Assembly: GCA_964016885.1 (NCBI GenBank)
Contig: OZ024741.1
Coordinates: 282,286,001-282,350,000, forward strand
DNA from: Eledone cirrhosa
Lineage: Eukaryota
Direction of reading: 5' to 3'
Length of the DNA stretch: 64,000 nt
This document shows, in pieces, positions 48,916-60,802 of the stretch. The notes under the pieces are model-generated. The model did no database searches. It saw only the letters and a list, made by a program, of their open reading frames with translations, and had not been told where the DNA came from. Position numbers and translations under genes: made by a program. How positions within the stretch are numbered: the first letter of the stretch is position 1; each line of letters begins with the position of its first letter.

Positions 48916-50680
48916 ATGTATGTATGTAAGTAGGTATATATATATATACGTACGTAAGTACATACATATATACATACACACATCCATACATACCTACATA
49001 CATAAAGAAAAACTGTTTAAAGAATATTTAGTTTGTAGGCAGACATGGGCAGAAGAGAACTTCCAGAAATTTCTCTAACCTGATGTAACATGCAAGCAAA
49101 GTGACAGCTTAAATTAGGGCAGGGCAAGGAGTAGCAATGAAGTATAAAGCCAACAGAAAAAGAGCTGACATTGAAAAATAGTGAAAAAGAAAATCTTGCT
49201 TTTTTCTACTTAAAAGTAAACAGATTGAAACCACAAAGAATTTTCTTTTTTCTAAGCAACTTTGGTGTCCACTTCCCTCACAAAAGAAGCCACCACAGTC
49301 TTTTCAATAAAGATAATTAAATATCTTTCTTGACAATGAAACTTCTCATTATATTGATTTCATTTATTCTTCCTAATATGTCACCTTTCCTTACATTGAG
49401 TTATACATATCATCATCGTTTAACATGTGCTTTCCATGCTAGCAAGGTTTGGACAGGTCTACATAGTCTAAGACAGTACTGAAGTAGCGCTACAGACTTA
49501 CCAGACAGGCCATGTGTGAGTAATACTAGTTATATCAAAAATTGTTTATCACTGCAAAGATAGGTCTCTCAGTAAACTACATAAACTGCCTTGTTTCGAT
49601 TCCCAGTTACATTTTCTCTAATCCTATTGTTACCATATTTCTAATGAAAAACACTACATAGGGCTCACAAATAATTTTGAAAATAATCAAGAATTTGGAT
49701 GGATTTAGTAAAATAAATAACTTTCTCATTATTAAGCTGGTGTTTAGTACATAACTTATCAAAGATTCTTATGTAAAGATTATTATGAAAGATTTTTAGA
49801 TAAATATAAACACTTTATGCCTTTTGTTATCATATTTCTATTGAAAAACACTGCCTATAATTTTCAAATAATTTTGAAAATAACCAAGAATTTAGAGGGA
49901 TTTACTAAAATAAATAATTTTCTCTGGTTTTTGGAACATAAATATTCATATATAAATTATGATACGTTTTTAGGTAAATATGAACAATTTAAAATATTTA
50001 AATATTGTAGAACCAGGGGTGGCTTCAAGAAGTTTGGTATCAAAAGGGTCAAAACAAATATTCAAATATTTCAAGACTTCTATTCTGTATTACTCTAGAA
50101 CAAAGTTTGTTTTTTTACTTAGCTGTCAGTGATGTGTAAGAGTTAACATTTTTAGTACCCTCAAACATTCTGTTCATGTCCTTAATAAAGCATCAATTCC
50201 ATGTCATTTAATTTCTCTCCTGAGTATGTGTGGTCTTATGTATATATAAAATATCTGTAATTGCTCTTTCTACATGCTTTTAAAGTGGTTTGTATGGTTG
50301 TATCACTTATTCTTAACATAAACCTTTTGTGACCATATTTATGATGAAATATACTATATCTGAATTAATGAAGTATGTGGAGAGATTTACTAAAATGATT
50401 AAATATTTCAGTATTAAGATGATATTTGTAACATGATTTAATAAATGGTTCTTATACCAAATTGTGTTGGAAGATTTTAATTTAAATTGGAACCCTTTAA
50501 CATGGGCGGTTTTGTTTCATAGAACTATGCCATTAATATCTGGTGGGTGCAGGCTGAACTCATTGGTGACAACTCCACAACAGTATTTGTGTGCCTCACA
50601 CATGCAAAGGCGGAGACATTAGGTCACTCTGATGTGAGTGCACTTATTATCAAGAAGGGAGCTGGTTGATAATGATGATG

Positions 50681-53097
50681 ATCATCATCGCCGTTTTACG
50701 TCCGTTCTTCCACGCTAGCATGGGTTAGACGGGTTGTCCTGTTGTGGGCAGTGTCTGGTCGGCTGATCATGCCTTGCTCATACAGGAACTGATTTGGCTT
50801 GATTTCTACAGCTGGATGCCCTTCCTAACACCAACCTCATTTACAGTGAGTGCTGGGTGCTTTTTCGTGGCGCCTACACGTCCACTTTACAGTGTGGGCT
50901 GGGTGCTTTTTTGCCGTGGCACCTCCATGACCACCTTGCGGTGGGGTGTGTGGGGGCATATTGTCTGTATGCTTCAGCTTGTACCCATGGGAGGTCGGGT
51001 ACTCTGTATTACTGCGTGACGCCAGAGGTCACGGTCATGTGTCATTGCCTTTGAGAGGTGTAATTGGGTAAGGTCAGCTTTTATCACCTCATCCCAGGTC
51101 ATCTTGGGTCTCCCCACTCCGCGGTTTCCATCGACTTCTAGTGCTCTGCACCTTTTTATGCAGCTGTCATCCTTCATATGCATCACATGTCCATACCAGC
51201 GCAACCGCCTCTCCTGCACACAGCATTTGATTCCTCTTATGCTCAGTCTCTCTCTCAATTCACTTATGCTTTGTCGTTCATGTATATTACTGTTACACAT
51301 CCATCGGAGCATGCAGGCTTCGTTTCTCTCTAATCTATGTAAGTCTTCCACCTTCAGCACCCAGGTCTCACTACCATGCAACATCACTGTTCGGATACAC
51401 GCATCATACAGTCTGCCTTTCATTCTGAGGGAGAAGCCTTTTGCAGCAAGCAGTGGTAGTAGTTCCCTAAACTTCTTCCATCCCGTTCTTACCCTAGTTA
51501 TTGTACTTTCTGAACACTCACCTAGGTAGTAGAAGCTGTCTACTGTTTCTACAGAGCCCTCCCAGAGATTGGTGGTACTTGTTTCCTGTGGCTGTTTGCT
51601 GCTTGCTGTTCCAGCACAGCTGCTGCATGTGAAGCCTACATTCTTAATTAAGCTTCCTGAGATCCCGCTACATCTCTTGTGTACCCATTGTTTGCATTTG
51701 GGGCAGATAATGGAGTTCCTACCTACACCTTTCCTACATACTGAGCAAGGCCATTTCCATGAGGGGATCTGGGTTCTGTTTTCTCGTCTACTTACAAGGA
51801 CCTTAGTCTTTGTCATGTTGACTTTGAGACCCTTTCTTTCTAGTCCCTGCTTCCAAGTTTGAAATTTATTCTCTAGTTCTACCATAGATTCAGCTATAAA
51901 TGCGAGGTCATCAGCATACAGGAGTTCCCATGGGCATCCGGTCTTAAACTCCTCTGTTATTGCCTGCAGAACTATGATGAACAAGAGGGGGCTAAGAACA
52001 GAGCCCTGGTGGACCCCAACCTGTACGCTAAATTCCTCGCTATACTCATTGCTAATCCTAACTTTGCTGACTGCTCCCCTATACATGGCTTGTAACGCTT
52101 TCAGAAGGCATTCATGTACTAGTAGTTTTCTAAGAGCCCACCAGATTACAGCACGTGGAACTCTGTCAAAGGCTTTCTCAAGGTCGACAAATGCCAAGTA
52201 GAGTGGCTTACTTTTAGCTAGGTACTTTTCCTGTAGCTGCCTCACAAGGAAGAGGGCATCAGTAGTGCCTCTTCCTGGTACAAACCCAAATTGCATCTCG
52301 TCTATTTTCACCCAGTCCCTAATCAACTGTGCTATAACTCTTTCTGTTACTTTCATGACCTGGTCCATCAGCTTTATACCTCTATAGTTTCCTCTATCTA
52401 GTGGATCACCTTTACCTTTGTAGCAGTTGACAATGATGCTACTACACCAATCTTTTGGTATGACACCTTCTAGTATTACCTGGTTAACAATACGTGTGGT
52501 TATAGTGTGACCTACAGACCCAGATGCCTTCAGCATCTCGGCAGCTATACCCGATGGACCGGTTATCTTCCCCATCTTCATATCTTTGATTGCCTTACTT
52601 ACTACGTTGCTGCTGACTTGTACTGCTGGCCCCTCTATAGGGTCTACTTGGGGTAGGGTCTTCTTCCCATGCATTCTCCTCATTTAGTAATCTATCGTAA
52701 TGACTCTTCCATGCATCTTTCTTCTCAGCACTTGTGAGGGCAAGCTCACCTTTATCATTCCGGATACACTTCTCTCCAATGACATCACAACTCTCTCTGA
52801 CACACTGCCTCGCAATCTTGAACACCTCCTGTTTCTGGTCCTCACGTTGCAAAACATGCTTGAATTTTCTATCCTCTGCTTCCCTCCTAGCTAAGTATAC
52901 TTGTCGCCTAGCTTCCCTCTTGGTCTCTATGTAATGTACCCTGCTCCCCCCGTTCTTCCATTCTTTCCATGCCTGTCTCTTGGCCTTAACTGCCTCATCT
53001 ACCTTATTGTTCCACCACCAAGTCACTCTCCTCCTGCTTGAGGTCTTACTCCAGCCACAGACCTCATCCGTCACCTCTAGTAAGTTATTTTTTTAAA
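50681..53097 (-). mobile_element. RTE-clade LINE family 1, 5'-truncated, with near-intact RT ORF
   Basis: Closely similar to 5885-8284 in inverted orientation; lacks the endonuclease domain. Confidence 0.97.
50974..52683 (-). CDS. RTE ORF2 fragment: reverse transcriptase with embedded PHD-like finger
   Basis: 569-aa ORF with DLEKAFD, QGSVLSPLLF, YADD, C4HC3 finger and RRLRWYGH; frameshifted relative to upstream ORF 52595-53074. Confidence 0.9.
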   Translation of the reverse strand: MRRMHGKKTLPQVDPIEGPAVQVSSNVVSKAIKDMKMGKITGPSGIAAEMLKASGSVGHTITTRIVNQVILEGVIPKDWCSSIIVNCYKGKGDPLDRGNYRGIKLMDQVMKVTERVIAQLIRDWVKIDEMQFGFVPGRGTTDALFLVRQLQEKYLAKSKPLYLAFVDLEKAFDRVPRAVIWWALRKLLVHECLLKALQAMYRGAVSKVRISNEYSEEFSVQVGVHQGSVLSPLLFIIVLQAITEEFKTGCPWELLYADDLAFIAESMVELENKFQTWKQGLERKGLKVNMTKTKVLVSRRENRTQIPSWKWPCSVCRKGVGRNSIICPKCKQWVHKRCSGISGSLIKNVGFTCSSCAGTASSKQPQETSTTNLWEGSVETVDSFYYLGECSESTITRVRTGWKKFRELLPLLAAKGFSLRMKGRLYDACIRTVMLHGSETWVLKVEDLHRLERNEACMLRWMCNSNIHERQSISELRERLSIRGIKCCVQERRLRWYGHVMHMKDDSCIKRCRALEVDGNRGVGRPKMTWDEVIKADLTQLHLSKAMTHDRDLWRHAVIQSTRPPMGTS

Positions 53098-53351
53098 AAT
53101 CAGATACATAAATACATGACTAAATGAGAGAAAGAGGGGGAAAAGAGCACTGCAAGTAAAAGAAAAGAAAAAAAAAGGAAGCGCAGACACAAATAATGAA
53201 AAAAATAAAATAAAAAAATAAAAATAAAGGAAATAAATAAGTTGTTAAAGGGTGCAATGCTTGACTGAAAGGCAGAGATAATGATTAAGTTCAATACATT
53301 TCCTGCACCCCTGCTCAATCAAAAGTGATTGGAAATAATGTATTAGAGAGC

Positions 53352-54722
53352 CAACAACAGCCAGTCGTGGCATTCCAGCCATCAACAGCCAGTCACGACA
53401 CTCCAGCCCTCAACAGCCAGTCACAACACTCCAGCCCTCAACAGCCAGTCACAACACTCCAGCCCTCAACAGCCAGTCACAACACTCCAGCGCTCAACAG
53501 CCAGTCATGACACTCCAGCCCTCAACAGCCAGTCACAACACTCCAGCCCTCAACAGCCAGTCACAACACTCCAGCCCTCAACAGCCAGTCACAACACTCC
53601 AGCGCTCAACAGCCAGTCACGACACTCCAGCCCTCAACAGCCAGTCACAACACTCCAGCCCTCAACAGCCAGTCACAACACTCCAGCCCTCAACAGCCAG
53701 TCACAACACTCCAGCGCTCAACAGCCAGTCATGACACTCCAGCCCTCAACAGCCAGTCACAACACTCCAGCCCTCAACAGCCAGTCACGACACTCCAGCG
53801 CTCAACAGCCAGTCACGACACTCCAGCGCTCAACAGCCAGTCATGACACTCCAGCCCTCAACAGCCAGTCATGTCACTCCAGCCCACAACAGCCAGTCAC
53901 GACACTCCAGCCGTCAACAGCCAGTCATGGCACTCCAGCCGTCAACAGCGAGTCACAACACTCCAGCCATCAACAGCCAGTCACGACACTCCAGCCATCA
54001 ACAGCCAGTCACAACACTCCAGCCTTCAACAGCCAGTCACGACACTCCAGCCCTCAACAGCCAGTCATGACACTCCAGCCCTCAACAGCCAGTCACAACA
54101 CTCCAGCCCTCAACAGCCAGTCACAACACTCCAGCCCTCAACAGCCAGTCACAACACTCCAGCGCTCAACAGCCAGTCATGACACTCCAGCCCTCAACAG
54201 CCAGTCACAACACTCCAGCCCTCAACAGCCAGTCACGACACTCCAGCGCTCAACAGCCAGTCACGACACTCCAGCGCTCAACAGCCAGTCATGACACTCC
54301 AGCCCTCAACAGCCAGTCATGTCACTCCAGCCCACAACAGCCAGTCACGACACTCCAGCCGTCAACAGCCAGTCATGGCACTCCAGCCGTCAACAGCGAG
54401 TCACAACACTCCAGCCATCAACAGCCAGTCACGACACTCCAGCCATCAACAGCCAGTCACAACACTCCAGCCTTCAACAGCCAGTCACGACACTCCAGCC
54501 CTCAACAGCCAGTCATGACACTCCAGCCCTCAACAGCCAGTCATGACACTCCAGCACTCAACAGCCAGTCAAGTCACTCCAGCCCACAAGAGCCCGTCAC
54601 GACACTCCAGCCCTCAACAGCCAGTCATGACACTCCAGCCCTCAACAGCTAGTCACGACACTCCAGCCTTCAACAGCCAGTCGCGGCACTCCAGTAGACA
54701 ACTGCCAATCATGGCACTCCAA
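53352..54722. repeat. 28-bp minisatellite (cagccagtcacaacactccagccctcaa), about 49 units
   Basis: Contiguous head-to-tail units without spacers; degenerate at both edges. Confidence 0.98.
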
Positions 54723-55621
54723 CAAAACAGCTATTAAGCTACACCACAAAATAACATTTCTAACTACTGTATATATTGATAGTGCTCTCAATACAACAAC
54801 CACTGTTTTAAGGCTATTTTCTCTTGATGAAGCAAGGGTTGGCATCATGGACCTTATAATAGTGTTCATACTCATTACAGAATTTTCTTTTAAAGCAATA
54901 TTTTACAGCCACAGTTTTTAGTCAAAAAGGGGTACAGTGTATCTATTCTAAACTGGATACACACAATAACAAGTATTGAGTGTAATAATAATAATCTTTC
55001 TAGCAAACATTAAATAAAAATAAAAGAACAACAATAAATATATCAACAATAGTTTATATACTATAGATATCATCATTATAAGTGTGTGTGTGTGTATATA
55101 CACACACACACATTTATATACACTTTTTTGTAATCAATATTCAGTTAATTCAGTTTATTGTTGGCTAATATAGTGCTACAATGAAATTATGAACTGATAC
55201 ACTGACATACAGAGCTAAAAGCCATTGATAAAAAGATATTGATTTTAATGCTGTGAATAATGAAAACATTGATCTTTGGTTCACTAGCACAAATATCTTG
55301 TGTAAATATCATCCAGGTTTAGGCTTTGTTATTCTTTGATATTTTAATTACTTTTTAGGACTGAATTTCTTAAATCAAAACACAAACACATAAAACATTC
55401 CTGCAGACTTAGATAAGCATTTAATAACATGATTTTTTTCTCTTCTTCTCCATCATTTTTCCTCTTTGAGTCTACAAATATGAATAGGTCTTAATGATAA
55501 ATAACCCCTTTGTTACTAAACCAGCAGAAACCATTCCTGGTTCTATTATATATACACAGAGCTGTTGGTTTTGACGTGTTTAGATTTATCTAAAAATCTT
55601 TCATCATAATTTTATGTAAGA

Positions 55622-56208
55622 AATCACTATCATACCATTACAATGACAGCTGCCTCCCACGTCATGCTGCTCTCAGCGAGATTATAAAACATAGCTTGGA
55701 TGCTGCAGGCTTCCCTTCCCAGCACACGTTGGTGGGGCTTGATTGAGTGGATGGCATCAAAATGTGGTAAGCCCCTCATCTGCGACATTACCCGCAATTA
55801 CCCCTTCTCCAGCTGCAACCTGGTGGATTTGGCGATGAACCCAAGCTTTACTGCTCGCCATGATGAAGATCGCAAGCTGTTGAAGTAAGTCACTCTCCAA
55901 TATGTTTGTCAACGAACCTGTAGTTTTGAAAACTGCCAGTGTTCCCATACTACTAACCTACTCACTACTATCAGGGTGGAGTTGGTCACCCACAGGAGCA
56001 AGCCGTACAAGTTGGAATGACTATTTCAATGCATCTCCCTTGACATTCTCTAGAGGAATGTTTTCTCCATTTTGTCCACTGTGACAATGATGCAGCTTGC
56101 ATATGGGCTCTCATGCCAGAGAATGCTCCCCCTACATCTTTCAGGCCCATATCACTGGGGTAGCAATATTATGACAGTACTCAATATATTTCTCATATTT
56201 TCTCTCAT
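55622..56208 (+). mobile_element. CRE-clade non-LTR retrotransposon 3' fragment (restriction-like endonuclease), inserted in a family B MITE
   Basis: Translates LPRHAALSEIIKHSLDAAGFPS..VGLD*VDG, GKPLICDIT, EDRKLLK, EPVVLKT, LFQCISL..RGNVFSILST, which fits the RH..N..D..E..K..KY RLE pattern. Confidence 0.82.
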
Positions 56209-56719
56209 AAAACCTTATGTTCCAAACATAAACTTGACAATGAGGAAGTTAGTTATATTGCTAAATCTTTATAAATTTTAGATTATTTTCTAAATTATTT
56301 GAAAGCTATTATGGCTAATATAGTCTTTCATGGAAAATATGGGCATGGGCAGTGTCATTAGAAATGTGATAATTATAGGATTATCAAGACTGAATTTTGA
56401 ATTATTATTTTATCAATAGATTGTTCCATTAGTTATATTTTTTGTTGGGGTATTAGAAATATATTACATAAAAATGAAGAAAAATGTTAGTTTTTTTTTT
56501 CATTGGGAAACCAATTATAAACAGTAATACATATAGAATTTGATAAATGTTTGCCTTTTTCATTTTTTTAGAAGTTGCATGTTTAATGAATTTGGCAACT
56601 ACATTAACATAAGGAATGACTGGCAGAAACTTAATTATTAACTCCTTTATATATATATGGGCTGTGTTTATCCAGTTTAAAATAGCTACACAGTATCTCT
56701 GCAAGTCATACGAAGTGAC

Positions 56720-56812
56720 TAAAAGGGTTGATGTCAGGAAGGCAACCAGCTATAAAACATTGCCTCAAAAAGTTCCATCCAACTCATGCCAGCATGAAAA
56801 AGTCAATGTAAA
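56720..56812 (+). mobile_element. SINE/RTE-tail fragment interrupted by the CR1 insertion
   Basis: gttgatgtcaggaaggcaaccagctataaaac...catgccagcatgaaaaa; (GAT)n-like sequence resumes after 58955/59150. Confidence 0.65.
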
Positions 56813-56814
56813 CA

Positions 56815-58952
56815 TACTCCAGAGCATCCTGAACTCAATATGGATAGCGTGTGCAGCATCAGTGCCACGTAAGCAGAAAAAAAACCACCCAAAAGTGCAA
56901 TTTGGGAAACTTCAGCAGTCCGACTTGCCAGGAAAGAACGTTGGAATGCTGAACGGGAATATAAACTGCATAAATCAGATGCCAACAGAAAAAAGCGGAA
57001 TAAATCTTCCAACCATCTCAAGCAAGTGACAAAAAAGGCAGTGCTTGAATTTGAACAGTGCATAGCAACCAATCCTGACAGTAAGGTGTTCTGGAAATAT
57101 GTACATTCAAAGCAGAGACCTCACCCTCCAGTTGGTCCTCTTCGTAATTCCCACACAAGCCAGATCACTGACGATCCCAAAGAATGCGCAGAACTCATTG
57201 CTGAGTGCTATGCAAGCATTTTTACTGTTGAAAACCAGAATGTACCATCTCCACCATCTCTAACATCAAATTCCATAACAACTATGGAATTTACACCTGC
57301 AAATGCTGAGACGTCACCTTAAGAATAAGCGCAACTATGCCTCCCCTGGTCTTTATGGTGTTGCAAACCTGCTTCTCAAACGTGGCAGGTACTTCTTTTT
57401 GCACCAGCTTTCTTTCTTCTTTCAATACTGTCTCAACAATGGTGCTACTTCGGAGCAGTGGAAAACTGCCAGTGACATTCAAAAAGGGCGACCGCATGTC
57501 ACCTGTCAACTATCATCCAGTCAGTCTTACTAGCTGTATTGCCAAACTGATGGAATCATGTGTCAGAGAAACACTTTGGAACTTCTGGAGCTCTCACAGC
57601 CTCCTCTGGCCCTGGCAATTTGGATTTATCCCTAACTCCAGCTGCTGTGATCAGCTTATCGAGTTCCTTGAAGACATTACCCGGATCACTGACAGCGGCT
57701 CATGGGTGGATGTTGTTTACCTTGACTTCACTAAGGCTTTTAATTCTGTGCCACACAAAAGACTTATGGCGAAACTCTCTGCAATGGGTGTGAGGGATGA
57801 TCTTTTTAACTGGTTGAAATCCTTCATTCTCAGCCGAAAAGAGGTAGTCACGGTTCTAGGACAGCATTCTTCACCATATGAGATGTCATCTGGTGTACCA
57901 CAGGGATCTGTTCTTGGTCCCCTTTTGTTTGTTGCATACAGTAATGACATAGATGCCAACTTAAAGAGTGCCACGGTACTGAAATATGCAGATGACATCA
58001 AGCTGTACCTTGAAATCAAAAGGACAGATCCTGAAATCTACAACTCTTTCCTACAATCAGACCGGGACACAATGCAGCAATGGATCACAGACTGGCAACT
58101 GAAGCTGGCTGTGGACAAGTGTACCACCATGCATTTTGGGAGGAAAAATCCAGCGTCCACATACTCCCTCCACAACACTGATATCAAGAAGTCCTCTTGT
58201 GAACGTGACCTGGGCATTACTGTCAGCAGCGATTTGCGTTGGACAAAGCATGTCTCTAAGATTGTCAAGAAGGCCGAGGGTGTCTTGGGATCACTCAGCA
58301 AGACCTTTGTTAGCTGCTCTCCAGGTATCTATTTAAAACTGTATACAGCTATGGTACGACCACACTTGGAATTCGCATCATCAGTCTGGAACCCCTATCT
58401 TGCTCAGAACAATGACCTCCTGGAAACTGTTCAGAGACGTGCAACCAAGCGCATACCCTCCATCAGACACCTACCATACTCTGAACGCCTTGCTTCTCTG
58501 GGCATGGATACATTGAAGCTCCGACGTCTGGCAATGGACTTGGTAAACACCCACAAAGTTATTAACCATCTCGCCAACAACAACCCTGAGCACCTTTTTG
58601 ATCTCCATGTGTCTAACACACGTGGACATGCCTACAAAGTCAGAAAACAGCACAGTTCCCATGACTTTCGGAAACATTTTTTCATGCTTAGAGTTGCTGA
58701 AGCATGGAACAAACTGCCTGCATTAGTTGTTAGCTGCTGAGACACTGCATCCTTTAAAACCCTCATGCTTCCCGAAATTCGCCAAAACTACACCTGATGT
58801 CCCCCTTCCATACACATGCACACATGTGAATATCATGACTCATGCACTGTTGATTTTCTTGACATTTGTACATTACCCTATGTATTATACATACACTTTT
58901 GATGAGTTGTAGTGCACCTGAGCACTGTACACAATATTTCCATTATTATTAT
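56815..58952 (+). mobile_element. CR1-clade LINE, 5'-truncated
   Basis: FWKYV, YLDFTKAFNSVPH, GVPQGSVLGPLLF, YADD, ERDLGI, RPHLEFASSVWNP, TRGH, FF..RV..WN.LP; 3' stem-loop agtgc-acctga-gcact; (ATT)n tail. Confidence 0.96.
57337..58740 (+). CDS. CR1 ORF2 reverse transcriptase fragment
   Basis: 467-aa ORF; homology begins at about FKKGDR (57478), with frameshifts upstream. Confidence 0.88.
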   Translation: MPPLVFMVLQTCFSNVAGTSFCTSFLSSFNTVSTMVLLRSSGKLPVTFKKGDRMSPVNYHPVSLTSCIAKLMESCVRETLWNFWSSHSLLWPWQFGFIPNSSCCDQLIEFLEDITRITDSGSWVDVVYLDFTKAFNSVPHKRLMAKLSAMGVRDDLFNWLKSFILSRKEVVTVLGQHSSPYEMSSGVPQGSVLGPLLFVAYSNDIDANLKSATVLKYADDIKLYLEIKRTDPEIYNSFLQSDRDTMQQWITDWQLKLAVDKCTTMHFGRKNPASTYSLHNTDIKKSSCERDLGITVSSDLRWTKHVSKIVKKAEGVLGSLSKTFVSCSPGIYLKLYTAMVRPHLEFASSVWNPYLAQNNDLLETVQRRATKRIPSIRHLPYSERLASLGMDTLKLRRLAMDLVNTHKVINHLANNNPEHLFDLHVSNTRGHAYKVRKQHSSHDFRKHFFMLRVAEAWNKLPALVVSC

Positions 58953-58967
58953 TTTATGATGACAAGG

Positions 58968-59138
58968 TGGATTTATGAGGCCAGTGGATTGGCAGTATCG
59001 GTAGAGGGTCGGACACCCACCATTCTGAGTTCAAATCCCGCCGAGGTTAACTTTGCCTTTCATCCTTATTGGGGTCAATAAAATAAAGTACCAGTAATAC
59101 ACTGGGTAATTGCTGGCCTTGTGCCAAAAGTAGAAACA
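58968..59138 (+). mobile_element. Family A SINE inserted at the CR1 tail, 20-bp TSD
   Basis: TSD attattttatgatgacaagg at 58948-58967 and 59139-59158. Confidence 0.93.
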
Positions 59139-59456
59139 ATTATTTTATGATGACAAGGATAAGGTTCACATGATGATGATGAGGAGGAGGATAAGAATCA
59201 CATGATAAAAAATTCAAAAGTTTTTAAATGGAACTAAAAGAGAAATAAAAGTAAATAATTGCTTTTGTTTATATGAATTTGGAGATGAAACTTCCTCTCA
59301 CTAAAAACAATTGTAGCACAAATAAGAGCACTTAAAGGATATTTTATTGTATCCGAGGTAGTTTCCTAATGGTCTTGAGACCAAGTCTTTCAAAGGTCAC
59401 TACCACAACTACTACCACTGATGTGTACATAGTAACTTGATGTTTGTTTGTTTGTT

Positions 59457-59577
59457 TTTTAAGGTCCTAAAGCTAATTTATCAAAAGATGTGCAATAGAT
59501 TCAATCATTGTGTTTTAAGGGCCTAAAGCTAATTTCGTCAAAAGAATTTGTGCAATAAATTTAATCAGAGTGTTTTA
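59457..59577. repeat. Two-copy tandem duplication of about 60 bp
   Basis: ttttaagg.cctaaagctaattt..tcaaaaga..tgtgcaata occurs twice. Confidence 0.85.
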
Positions 59578-60493
59578 CTCATACTTATTCTGTTGAGCCA
59601 GAAGAGTTGAAATACATTATCAGTTATAAAGGAAGTGAATTATTCCAAATGATGTTACACAAAATATTGCACAAATAATGTTTTTTACATAATTTTTCAC
59701 ATAATTTCACAAATATAATAATATATTTCCTAAATATAACTGATTTTATCTCATCCTCTTTTGCTTTCAAATTTAAATTATGGAAAAAAGAATACTACCA
59801 ACGACAGAAGATAACACAGCTGAAGTACCAGACTGTAAATATTAGATTTAAACCTCTGTATCAGCAACACTTTAACCCTGCCACACACACACCTCCTAAT
59901 GAAAGGCACATTTGTCTACTTGCAGCAGTCAGATAGATTGGAAAATAGCAAAATAGCTATCACCTCTATTTTACAGATTACTGGTTAGCACAAGGAAGTG
60001 CATTCAACTGTAAGGTATTTTAATACAATATAACATTCAACTCATACAATCAATAACAACAGTAACAACAACAATAATAATAATAGTAATAATAAAAACT
60101 GTTTAGATTTTACAAAAGAAAAACTGGTGAGAAAAAATAGAGTTTATTAATGAATATTAAATCATCTAAGAGAAGTAAAAAGAGACTTTCACAAACAGAA
60201 TCAATAGCCATGAAACAAAAGTTAAACAGTTGACAAGGAAATCAGCAAGTTTGGGTGGATTTACATAAGCTTTTTGAATAAACATTTGTACTTAGTTGTC
60301 CATCATGAAAAATTCTTTTAGTGCAACAATTAAGAAAAACAAATAGCAAATACAACTATACTGCTTTTTACATTTATATGTTCTGTGAAAATGGGCCATC
60401 TGGAGCCAGTATATGGTGGTGTGTCAATTATTAAGCTATCCATTAGACTAAAAGCTTTCTGTCCTGGTTGCTTAGGAAACAATAATTGTCAAT

Positions 60494-60802
60494 GTTTATC
60501 ATGATAGTATATAGAGGGTAATTTATAGTTTACCATAGTATATAGAGGGGATAATTTATAGTTTATCATAATATAGTGAGGGTAATTTATAGTTTATCAT
60601 AGAATATAGAGGGGGTAATTTATAGTTTATCATAGAATATAGAGGGTAATTTATAGTTTATCATAGTATATAGAAGGGGGAAATTTATAGATTATAGTAT
60701 ATAGAGGGGGTAATCTATAGATTATCATAGTGTATAGAGGGGGTAATTTATAGATTATAGTATATATAGAAGGGGGTAATTTGCCCAGTTTATAGTTTAT
60801 CA
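60494..60802. repeat. Minisatellite of about 30-33 bp (gtttatcatagtatatagagggggtaatttata), about 9 units
   Basis: Seen directly. Confidence 0.93.

Noticed and set aside
50974-52683. Active autonomous LINE or prokaryotic RT system (retron/DGR)
   Set aside because: The motifs are non-LTR RTE type, the context is eukaryotic, and the copy is 5'-truncated without an endonuclease.
53352-54722. CRISPR array or mucin-like S/T/Q/P-rich gene
   Set aside because: The 28-bp units are contiguous with no unique spacers and there are no cas genes. The ORFs occur in all three frames because 28 is not a multiple of 3 and the unit lacks stops.
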